IMG/VR virus record: IMGVR_UViG_3300009149_000021
Reading direction: 5' to 3' (one strand)
From: a virus
Lineage: Duplodnaviria; Heunggongvirae; Uroviricota; Caudoviricetes
Length of the DNA stretch: 64,000 bases
Under the pieces are notes generated by a model. That model did no database searches, was not told the origin of the DNA, and was given only the letters and a program-made list of their open reading frames with translations. This document shows positions 27,388 through 35,961 of this stretch, in pieces; within the stretch, counting starts at the first letter, position 1; each line of letters begins with the position of its first letter. Both the position numbers and the translations under genes were made by a program.

Positions 27388-28209
27388 TCAGGCCGGGTTT
27401 GCTCCTCTTTCCACTAAATACTCTTTTATCTCTGAATTGCAAGCATTTCTGACTAAATAATTTCTATGAAGATCTACCCTACAATTACATTCTTCCACAA
27501 GATATTTAATCAGAGACATATTTCCTTGTTTACATGCAACCTTTAAACTATAATGTGCACATGCATATGGTGGGCATCCTCTCGATATAAAATACTTTAC
27601 AATATCATTATACCCTTTTTCAGCAGCTCTTCTCATTGGATGACATTGATATTGCATGATGCTGGCACCTTTTTCTTCAACTAAGTATTTTACAATTTCT
27701 ATATTATCACTTTCAACAGCATAGGATATAAACAAATTATAAAAAACTTCTGGATAATTATCTATGAGTATTTTTGCAAAATCATTGTTTTCATACATAA
27801 TAGCATACTCAACAATCTTCTGAGGTTTTGGCAGATTATTTTTCCATTCTAGAAATAAATCTATATTATTTAAACATGCCAGCAATCGATATGCATTTTT
27901 TTGTGGTTCATAACCAGCGGTCCATGCTCTTAGAATATCAATAGAATTTTCACCTCTGTTGAAGATGTTTGCAAGATCTTTTATAAAAATAATATTGACA
28001 TTTTTACAAAGCATTTCCCGTGTTATTTCAAAATTTGTTTCTTTTTCTTTCTCTTTCTTCACTGGTGCATCATAATCTTTGATAAATGCTGCAAAAAAGT
28101 TTCTAATTGCTTCAAAAATCTTCACGTCAATCCTCCCAGATTTCTTTGATAACTTCTCTTTCTTTTTCCGATAAACCAACAATCCTATTAATAATTCTAT
28201 CTTTTTCAA
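27388..28209 (-). CDS. ankyrin-repeat protein
   Basis: Repeating AAEKGYNDIVKYFISRG / ACKQGNMSLIKYLVEE ankyrin-like units. Confidence 0.5.
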   Translation of the reverse strand: MKKIELLIGLLVYRKKKEKLSKKSGRIDVKIFEAIRNFFAAFIKDYDAPVKKEKEKETNFEITREMLCKNVNIIFIKDLANIFNRGENSIDILRAWTAGYEPQKNAYRLLACLNNIDLFLEWKNNLPKPQKIVEYAIMYENNDFAKILIDNYPEVFYNLFISYAVESDNIEIVKYLVEEKGASIMQYQCHPMRRAAEKGYNDIVKYFISRGCPPYACAHYSLKVACKQGNMSLIKYLVEECNCRVDLHRNYLVRNACNSEIKEYLVERGANPA

Positions 28210-29782
28210 ACCCTTTTGGCATTAACCCTTCTGGTTCAAATGGAATGTATGCTGGATCATCATATCTATGAAATTCTCTGACCTCTTCAACATTTGCGAT
28301 TTTCCTAGCCCACACGGACAAATTTGTTGACCCACATTGCATATCACAATTATACGCTCTTTGATTTTCCTCATCCCAATATGGTCTATCGCAAGAAATA
28401 GTATATTTAAAAACATCCAAAAAATTCAGATGTTTGGCCAAAAACCATTGTTCACTTTTCATCAGATCACTCAAACCATAAAAAAATTCTATTCTATTCC
28501 CACAAATTGTGCCTGTTTTAAAAAGCGAATTTAAAGAATCTATAAAGTTTCTCGAATTATCTGGATAAGATCCAGACTCTGTCATATTTGCCCACCCAGC
28601 ACACAAATACACAAAATCATATTCATTTTTTAATATCAACCCTTCAGCATATGCCGCCATGACTGTAGAAAAAACCATGTTTCTTCCAGCAGTCCATGCT
28701 ATTGTTTGCTTCAATCCTTCTTCTGTCCCAGTCTCGATTTTAACATTTTCGTTCATCAACATACTAAAATTATCGATTTTTGAGTATGCATCCTCTAAAC
28801 TAATTATTTCCAAAGGGATGTTCATTTCTCTGCAAATATTTTGTATTGCCCACTCTTCACATTTTTGACCCCTGTGTCCATATTTAAAATGGACGGCGGT
28901 CACATCTTTATCCAATTTTTTCAAAAGTGCCAATGTTGTTGTTGAATCTATTCCTCCGCTTGCCGCTACCAAATGTTTAACTCTTGGTGATTTTATAGAT
29001 TCCAAAATCTGTTTGTCCCACGATGGATGTGCGTAATTTGGTTCAAATGGTATTTTATTTATGAATCCAGAATCAATATCTATTTCTAAAATTCTGTGTG
29101 GTTGTATATTATGATGATACCAATCTTCCCAGACATTCATTCCATCAGTTTTAGATCCAGTTATATCCTCTATCACCTCTCCAATTGTTTCATTTAAACT
29201 ATGGAGCAAATAGCCATAACCTCTTATATAGCCCTGAGATAAAGGATTGTGATTCTTAATTGCGTATAATTTTTTCTTAAAAGAATCATACATTATAGCA
29301 GAAACACCACCACTTATAAATTCCATAGCAGCCTTAATATCATATCCATAATTTAAGTATGCATGGACAATTGCTTCAGAATCTATATCTGTGTGGAACG
29401 AAAATCCCCTTTGTTTCAATTCTGATATACTTTTTGTGGAAATTGCTCCATTGTGAACCAGACATATATTTCGTTCTTCTTCTCCTAGAAAAATTGGCTG
29501 CATTCCGTCTTCTGATGATTTTTCAGTTTCTGGTTGTGCTCGGCATATTCCAATAACTATATCATTTGGTCTTATCCCATCCGAATATAATTTTAAGATA
29601 TCATCTCTACAATCAGAATAACTTTTAGAATATCTTTTTCCAAAACTTGTATTATCATCCACGCCGATTACAACAAACGCACATCCATCATTTCCTCTTT
29701 TCTCCGCCCCTTTAAATAATAAATCTAATCTTTTTATTCCAAGAATAGATTCTCTTCCCCAGTATGCAAATATGCCACACAT
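28127..29782 (-). CDS. asnB: asparagine synthetase (glutamine-hydrolysing)-like
   Basis: N-terminal MCGIFAY (Ntn amidotransferase Cys2); PP-loop SGGIDST. Confidence 0.75.
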   Translation of the reverse strand: MCGIFAYWGRESILGIKRLDLLFKGAEKRGNDGCAFVVIGVDDNTSFGKRYSKSYSDCRDDILKLYSDGIRPNDIVIGICRAQPETEKSSEDGMQPIFLGEEERNICLVHNGAISTKSISELKQRGFSFHTDIDSEAIVHAYLNYGYDIKAAMEFISGGVSAIMYDSFKKKLYAIKNHNPLSQGYIRGYGYLLHSLNETIGEVIEDITGSKTDGMNVWEDWYHHNIQPHRILEIDIDSGFINKIPFEPNYAHPSWDKQILESIKSPRVKHLVAASGGIDSTTTLALLKKLDKDVTAVHFKYGHRGQKCEEWAIQNICREMNIPLEIISLEDAYSKIDNFSMLMNENVKIETGTEEGLKQTIAWTAGRNMVFSTVMAAYAEGLILKNEYDFVYLCAGWANMTESGSYPDNSRNFIDSLNSLFKTGTICGNRIEFFYGLSDLMKSEQWFLAKHLNFLDVFKYTISCDRPYWDEENQRAYNCDMQCGSTNLSVWARKIANVEEVREFHRYDDPAYIPFEPEGLMPKGFEKDRIINRIVGLSEKEREVIKEIWED

Positions 29783-29789
29783 TCTAACC

Positions 29790-30920
29790 TCACTTTAAAA
29801 ATAATTCACCACGAATATAACATTTGTTACCATTTAGTTCCGTTGGAAAAATATCATATTCAGCTTTCAACCTATATGTTTTACTATATAAATTTTTCAT
29901 CTTCTCCAAATATGATTTCATAATACCTTCTGTCCAAACACATTTATTACTCGAAGTTAAATCCCAATCATCAAAACCAAATAAAGCAGAATTACTAATA
30001 TGATGATTGACATTCCCAAAATCGGTTCCTATTTTTTTCATGATTAATTTATAATCAGGAACTATTGATATAAATTCATTCATACATATCTTTGATAGGA
30101 GATTTAATAACTTAACATTCTCATCCATGGTTAAACATTGCATTGCTCGTGAAGATAATATCCTTGTTATATTTTTGCTATTTGTTGGAAATTTTAAAAA
30201 TAGATCTAACAAATCATTAATTTTGGATTTGATCTGAATACAAATTCCCATAATATTCCTACTTCTTTTAAATATAGGATCGACATAAACTAACTTATTC
30301 CCCATTTTCAGTTGACTAAAAGGTGATGGGTTATATCCACAACCGAATTCAATCTGAACAGAGGAATATGGTGGTTCTACTGCACTTATTTTTTCTTTTA
30401 TCGTTCCATCACATTTCAATATATCTTTTGGTATTTTACCTTCCTTACAAAGAAAATCATAATCTTTCTTTGGTCTAAAATCTGGTATATCTAAATTTAT
30501 TTTTGTTTCATATCTATTGTTTGCATTTATAAATGTCACGCATAAACGATTCAGAAGATAAATATAAGAGTATCTGTCGGCCTCGCTGTCATAATTTCCT
30601 ATATTCCCAGAAATATTTAAAATTCTGACAACCTTCGCATCAGAAAGAAATTCTTTCGTAAGATATGTTTCAAAATTATCAATCATAGAAGAAATTAAAT
30701 TTTTATCATAAAAATTAATATAACAATTTCCAGTATTGGTAAATGAAATATGATTGATAACACTCTCTTCTATCGCAACATACTCATCAAAAAAATCACA
30801 AGCATTCAGACCACATCTAACAATATTCATGCTATCATCGAATGCATTAAATATATGAACTTTTAAAACATTATTAAATGTTTTCTTACTATCATAACCA
30901 TTGAAATCGAGCTCTACCAC
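29790..30920 (-). CDS. hypothetical protein
   Basis: ORF 376 aa. Confidence 0.4.
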   Translation of the reverse strand: MVELDFNGYDSKKTFNNVLKVHIFNAFDDSMNIVRCGLNACDFFDEYVAIEESVINHISFTNTGNCYINFYDKNLISSMIDNFETYLTKEFLSDAKVVRILNISGNIGNYDSEADRYSYIYLLNRLCVTFINANNRYETKINLDIPDFRPKKDYDFLCKEGKIPKDILKCDGTIKEKISAVEPPYSSVQIEFGCGYNPSPFSQLKMGNKLVYVDPIFKRSRNIMGICIQIKSKINDLLDLFLKFPTNSKNITRILSSRAMQCLTMDENVKLLNLLSKICMNEFISIVPDYKLIMKKIGTDFGNVNHHISNSALFGFDDWDLTSSNKCVWTEGIMKSYLEKMKNLYSKTYRLKAEYDIFPTELNGNKCYIRGELFLK

Positions 30921-30921
30921 A

Positions 30922-31356
30922 TTAAACCTCCTCTATAAAACAAAGCTTATCAATATTTTTCAAAATATTTTGAATAATTGTATGCTGTCTAGCATTCTCA
31001 ATAAGAACAGAATTATGTAGTCTTATTTTCTTCCCGGCACAAGTTATTCTATTTTGACATGAAATTATCGCATAACATAAGAGAAGACTTGAATCATCCC
31101 AATAAACAAAATTACCCATACCCCCCAACTGTTTTATTGCAGTTTTGAATCTAGAATGAATAAAAAGAAATAATAAATTATTTATTGAAAATATATTGTC
31201 AGACTGTGATGGTAGAAGTTCACCAATCTGTGAAATATTATAATAATTATTTTGATAATTTATTTTTATACTTTCCCTAAAATCCTTACTAGGATGTATA
31301 AATTTTAGTATCATCGAACCTCCCTTTAAAAAATAAAAAGGGAGTGGGATTTCCAC
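30922..31356 (-). CDS. hypothetical protein
   Basis: ORF 144 aa. Confidence 0.4.
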   Translation of the reverse strand: MEIPLPFYFLKGGSMILKFIHPSKDFRESIKINYQNNYYNISQIGELLPSQSDNIFSINNLLFLFIHSRFKTAIKQLGGMGNFVYWDDSSLLLCYAIISCQNRITCAGKKIRLHNSVLIENARQHTIIQNILKNIDKLCFIEEV

Positions 31357-31386
31357 TCCCTTTATTCTAGCAGTGAAGGAGGTGCG

Positions 31387-32172
31387 CTAGAAATGATTCT
31401 TCCAAGTCATATTTGCGATATCAAAAATTCTCCTAAGATAATTTTGATGCCATCCAGCCTTACATTTTTTGCCAACATATGTCAATACATCCTTAACAGT
31501 ACTCAATTTGTTTATTTTGTAATTGACACTTAAATAAACTTTTTCAGCTTCTATCAGAGATTCGTCGGCCATACCAATACTCAAACTCTCGAAAGTATTG
31601 TGGAAATCTATTTTTATATTTCTCACTTTATCGAGACCATCATCATCTTCCCATTTACTAAAATTTGTCAACATTCTGTTTTCAATAGACACAATCTCAC
31701 AGATGAATTTCTTTTTAGATCTGAATCTCACCACAAGGAATCTGTTTTCGTCAATAATGTATTTATAGTAAATTTCCTTTTTCTTTAAATCATGCGAGAC
31801 GTAGCAATTATCAGCGCCCAGACCAACAGCATATGTATTTCTGAAATTATATATCTTTGGTCTTCCATCTGGCCGTTTTTTATCTGTCAAAACCACCCAT
31901 GGAGTATTTGGGATTGTGAAGATTCCACTTCTTTCATCTGTCTTTACATAGTTAAGAAGATTTATTTTTGTAGTTTCAATTCCAATCGAAATTGGAACTG
32001 GTTTTGGTGTTTCAACAACTTCAGTGGATTCTGTTTCAACAACATCATTAACTTCCACTTCTTCTATTGCATCTGAAACTTTCGTTTCTTTTTTTGTTGC
32101 TGCTTTTTTGGCGGCCTTTGTTTTATCCTTAATTTCCTTTTCAGGTTCTAAGTTCAATTTAAATTTTTCCAT
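31387..32172 (-). CDS. hypothetical protein with Lys/Thr-rich N-terminal region
   Basis: ORF 261 aa. Confidence 0.4.
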   Translation of the reverse strand: MEKFKLNLEPEKEIKDKTKAAKKAATKKETKVSDAIEEVEVNDVVETESTEVVETPKPVPISIGIETTKINLLNYVKTDERSGIFTIPNTPWVVLTDKKRPDGRPKIYNFRNTYAVGLGADNCYVSHDLKKKEIYYKYIIDENRFLVVRFRSKKKFICEIVSIENRMLTNFSKWEDDDGLDKVRNIKIDFHNTFESLSIGMADESLIEAEKVYLSVNYKINKLSTVKDVLTYVGKKCKAGWHQNYLRRIFDIANMTWKNHF

Positions 32173-32174
32173 AT

Positions 32175-32909
32175 TTAAAAACTCCCTGTTAAATAGTTAA
32201 CACTCAACCTTTTCAAATAATTTTCCGTAATTGTCTTTCTGGGATACTCAAAATTGTTTAAATTATCAGAATAATATTGTAATATGCTCCGATCATAAAA
32301 CGGACGAAATATCCCTAAATCAAACAAAATAACATTTTTCCTAAAACAAGCTTTACAACTCAGGCACTCGGTCGTGCCTGATGGTTTAAAACAAGAAAAT
32401 GTTAATTTTTGTAAATCATTTTCATCGAGAATAGTGTTTTTTAATGTTTGTTTCACCATTGCTATTTTAGAATACTCACTGAATAAACTTCCTATAGATA
32501 CTCTTTTGGAATATGTGCTCATAAAAAATTCATTGGATTTATCTATAAATATTTTTGAATTATCATGGACTCTATCATCTAAAGTATTACCTATTAAAAT
32601 AGAAAGATCATCCTTGTTGAAGTATTTCAATGTGATTAATATTAACATCAAATTCCGATATGGGATGAACACTTCATCTGCATCTTCCAACAGATCGAAT
32701 AGATCATGATATATTGGCAAAAACTTATCCATTAAATTTGATCCAAATTTCTTCGATAGTTGAGTGAGTGTCTCTTCTATTTTACTTAATTCTGCATGTT
32801 GATAATCAAGACCCATGTGGACATAAACAAAATAATCAGTAATATCGTGGATGTTCGCCAATGTGCACACTGAGTCGAGTCCGCCTGAGAATAATAATAT
32901 TTTTTTCAA
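32175..32909 (-). CDS. QueC-like PP-loop ATPase (7-cyano-7-deazaguanine synthase family)
   Basis: MKKILLFSGGLDS PP-loop; DYQH; IPYRNLMLILITL (QueC PGRN region); C-terminal Cys cluster CFKPSGTTECLSCKAC. Confidence 0.55.
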   Translation of the reverse strand: MKKILLFSGGLDSVCTLANIHDITDYFVYVHMGLDYQHAELSKIEETLTQLSKKFGSNLMDKFLPIYHDLFDLLEDADEVFIPYRNLMLILITLKYFNKDDLSILIGNTLDDRVHDNSKIFIDKSNEFFMSTYSKRVSIGSLFSEYSKIAMVKQTLKNTILDENDLQKLTFSCFKPSGTTECLSCKACFRKNVILFDLGIFRPFYDRSILQYYSDNLNNFEYPRKTITENYLKRLSVNYLTGSF

Positions 32910-32922
32910 AATTCCTCCAGAC

Positions 32923-34662
32923 TTAGAAATTCAATCCTATTGAATTTAAATAGTATCTAAATAGTTGTAGTGTTGCTGGTTCGCTTTTCATTTCAACCGT
33001 TTTCGCATAACCAGTATTAAATAAATTTCTAAGTAAACTAATTTTGCTTCCAAGATCATCGGATTTTATATTTACTTCTTTTAAATTTTCTATTGCATCA
33101 TATGCTATCATTGCCCAAACTTCCATCTCGCCAATTCTCTGTGCTCCCTGGCCAGATGCGGGTTGGATTGTTTTCCTCGTGTAGTTTCCAACTGTTCTTG
33201 CTTTGAGCTTTCCATCTATAGTATGTATAAGTTTCATTAAAAACATATTACCAACCGCAACAGGTCCAATCGTTCTTCCCTGTAGTTTCAGAGGATAATA
33301 TTGTTTTGTCGCAGTATAATCCATGAATAAATCCAGATTATCTTTTGTGAAACTTTCGAATGGTGGTTGTATAAGAACCAAATCTTCAATTAATTTTTTA
33401 TCCATTCCATGTCTTTTAATTAAATTTGCTACTTCCTTGCTATACCATTTGTCTTTAGATGTATCTATATGATTGGTTATACCTGCCAAAGCTTTCATGG
33501 CGTATTTAGGATCTTCATCAAATTTCTTCGATAGTTTTTGTTTTAGGAAATGCATACCAAGTCCAGCGTGCAATTCAAACAGCTGGCCAATATTCATACG
33601 AGAAATTATACTCAGCGATCCTAATATAACTTCCAAAGGTTGTCCCCACGGAGTTACAGGCATTTTTTTATCTGGAACAATAATACTTATAACACCTTTA
33701 TTACCATGACGATTGGAAAATTTGTCCCCAACCCTTGTGTATTTTTTATAGGTGTATTTTATTTTCATTATCATACCATCAATTCTCACACCTTTATCAT
33801 TGATATGACCTTTGAATTTATGAATATCACAATTCATAGCATCAATTGAATTATTCAGATCGCTATCTGAAATTTTATCTTTCAATTTTATCATTTCACC
33901 ATGAATATGTTTTGAATTTTCTAGAACTGATACAATATAATGATTGAACTCACTGTAGTTTTTGCACCAATCATTTATATAGAATTTCACATCTGTTACA
34001 GTAATATCATCTTTCAATGTTATTGGTCTCGGGGAATCACATAAGAATCTTGGGTTGCTTGAAACATATTTTATTAGAAGGACTGGATCATTCTTTTTTA
34101 CAATATCACCAATTTTCGGAATCGGTTTATAATCTTTTCTATCTAATGAAAGCAGAACTTCATTCATATTAAGACTTATAATCAATTCATCTTCAGCAAG
34201 TGATGTGAATTTTTCAGCAGCTGATTCGGAAAAAACTATAGAATCCTCATGACAATAACCAAAGTATTCCATGTACCCGACTAACATATTTCTTCCATAC
34301 TTTATATTTCCATTTTCAGTACTAATATGTTCGTAGATGATATCACCAGTTTTAAATTCTTCATCGGTTTCATAATAACAGTTCAGATACCAATGCATTT
34401 TAGATGTCTCAAAAGTTTCATCCTCATATTGCAAAATCAGTAATTGGTTATTCTTAAACAAAACCTTTCCTGATTTCTCAGCAATCTTAGTATATAAACC
34501 AAGATGTGAAATGTTATCATAACCAGTACATATCAAAGGAATTTCTGGATTTTCCAAAATCAATGACTGCTTCATTTGAGAAGCAGCCATTTGACAACGG
34601 GTAGGGTCATCATTTTGAACAAATGGTATTAGACAAATGGGAAATGTCGTAAAGTCAGACAT
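32923..34662 (-). CDS. multisubunit RNA polymerase beta subunit, C-terminal half
   Basis: LIPFVQNDDPTRCQMAASQMKQ (beta motif IPFLEHDDANRALMGxNMQRQ); GDKFSNRHGNKGVIS (GDKxxxRHGNKGVxS). Own AAGGAG RBS 11 nt after the stop of the N-half gene. Confidence 0.85.
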   Translation of the reverse strand: MSDFTTFPICLIPFVQNDDPTRCQMAASQMKQSLILENPEIPLICTGYDNISHLGLYTKIAEKSGKVLFKNNQLLILQYEDETFETSKMHWYLNCYYETDEEFKTGDIIYEHISTENGNIKYGRNMLVGYMEYFGYCHEDSIVFSESAAEKFTSLAEDELIISLNMNEVLLSLDRKDYKPIPKIGDIVKKNDPVLLIKYVSSNPRFLCDSPRPITLKDDITVTDVKFYINDWCKNYSEFNHYIVSVLENSKHIHGEMIKLKDKISDSDLNNSIDAMNCDIHKFKGHINDKGVRIDGMIMKIKYTYKKYTRVGDKFSNRHGNKGVISIIVPDKKMPVTPWGQPLEVILGSLSIISRMNIGQLFELHAGLGMHFLKQKLSKKFDEDPKYAMKALAGITNHIDTSKDKWYSKEVANLIKRHGMDKKLIEDLVLIQPPFESFTKDNLDLFMDYTATKQYYPLKLQGRTIGPVAVGNMFLMKLIHTIDGKLKARTVGNYTRKTIQPASGQGAQRIGEMEVWAMIAYDAIENLKEVNIKSDDLGSKISLLRNLFNTGYAKTVEMKSEPATLQLFRYYLNSIGLNF

Positions 34663-34673
34663 ATTTTCTCCTT

Positions 34674-35942
34674 TTAATCAATAAGTCCCTCCTCATCTTC
34701 AGTAAACAAAATATTTCGTTTTTCTTCGATAAGCTTCGAGTTGATTGTTAAAAAATTAACAATACCACATGCCTGCCTATCTGCTGTTAATATCGGATCT
34801 AAATTCATATAATAACTCTCATGTATATTTCTCAGATCAGTTGGCATCGATTTTTTACTCAGCCCCTGTGGTCCAGAATATGTTCCTTTCATAGACTCTC
34901 CTATGCTGTGTATAATAGTAACACCGTGATCCGCTAAATGGTGCATTTCTGGCATCTTACCAGAAAGATAATTTGTTATATTTACGGTTTTGTTCTTGTC
35001 AACCTTATATGAACTTCTTGATATCAAAAACGAAAGTATTTCTGAAAATAAAGGTCCGAGAATATATTGAGAAAGTAAAACATCTTTTCTCACTAGGTTT
35101 CCGCGCTCTTGTGTGTGTTCATCTCTATTTAAAAACCTATGAAATAATTCCTGTGGTATTGATGGTTGGGTCAATTTCAATGATATAAAGACATCCGATT
35201 GTTTAACATAATCAAAATACTCTATCAAATTGAACTTTTTATATTTAAACGAATTAGACATCTCCCACCAGAATTCCTTGGAATTGAATTTTACTTTATT
35301 GTTTATTTTCTGATCTAGAAAATTTTCAATGAGCATATCGAACGATTCATTTTCAGGATCAATCTTTTCGATTACTATGCGCTCTGATATTTTCTCTGTT
35401 ACACTTTTAGATATACTAATCAATCTATGGTTACATTTTTCCAAAAACCATTCTAGATCATTATAATAACACATCATATTTCCCATGTGTGTTTTCTTAT
35501 CCGCAATACCAGTCCATCCCTTGTTTGCGTTAAAATGGATTGTAAGAATAGTACCAATCATCCTAAAGATATCTTTTGATACAACAAATGTATCCAATAA
35601 TTGAAATAACGGATGTCGATAAACCCCGTTTATAACGAATTCCAAAGTGTGTTTTTCCGGCACAGGATAAACTATTTCTAAATTATAGTTAAGAACTTTG
35701 GTGTTTGATTGATTATTATATTTTATATTTATTTTTAATGATTTTTCCAAAGTACTTTTTATAGTTTTGACCCTTCTTTTTGATGTGGAACTCTCATCAA
35801 GTTCCACATCAACTATTCCAGGAATCAATTTAATTTTTTCAATAATCAATTTTATTGTTTTTTCTATGTTATCACGAATTTCTTCTCTCTTATATGCAAA
35901 CACTTTATCAACAAATGCAGGATTTCTAAAATTATAAATCAT
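34674..35942 (-). CDS. multisubunit RNA polymerase beta subunit, N-terminal half
   Basis: FVINGVYR (beta GxFxINGxER) and DLRNIHESYY...DPILTADRQACGIVNFL (beta HPTHYGRxCPIETPEGxNxGLI region). Confidence 0.7.
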   Translation of the reverse strand: MIYNFRNPAFVDKVFAYKREEIRDNIEKTIKLIIEKIKLIPGIVDVELDESSTSKRRVKTIKSTLEKSLKINIKYNNQSNTKVLNYNLEIVYPVPEKHTLEFVINGVYRHPLFQLLDTFVVSKDIFRMIGTILTIHFNANKGWTGIADKKTHMGNMMCYYNDLEWFLEKCNHRLISISKSVTEKISERIVIEKIDPENESFDMLIENFLDQKINNKVKFNSKEFWWEMSNSFKYKKFNLIEYFDYVKQSDVFISLKLTQPSIPQELFHRFLNRDEHTQERGNLVRKDVLLSQYILGPLFSEILSFLISRSSYKVDKNKTVNITNYLSGKMPEMHHLADHGVTIIHSIGESMKGTYSGPQGLSKKSMPTDLRNIHESYYMNLDPILTADRQACGIVNFLTINSKLIEEKRNILFTEDEEGLID

Positions 35943-35961
35943 AAAATCACCTCCATATGAC

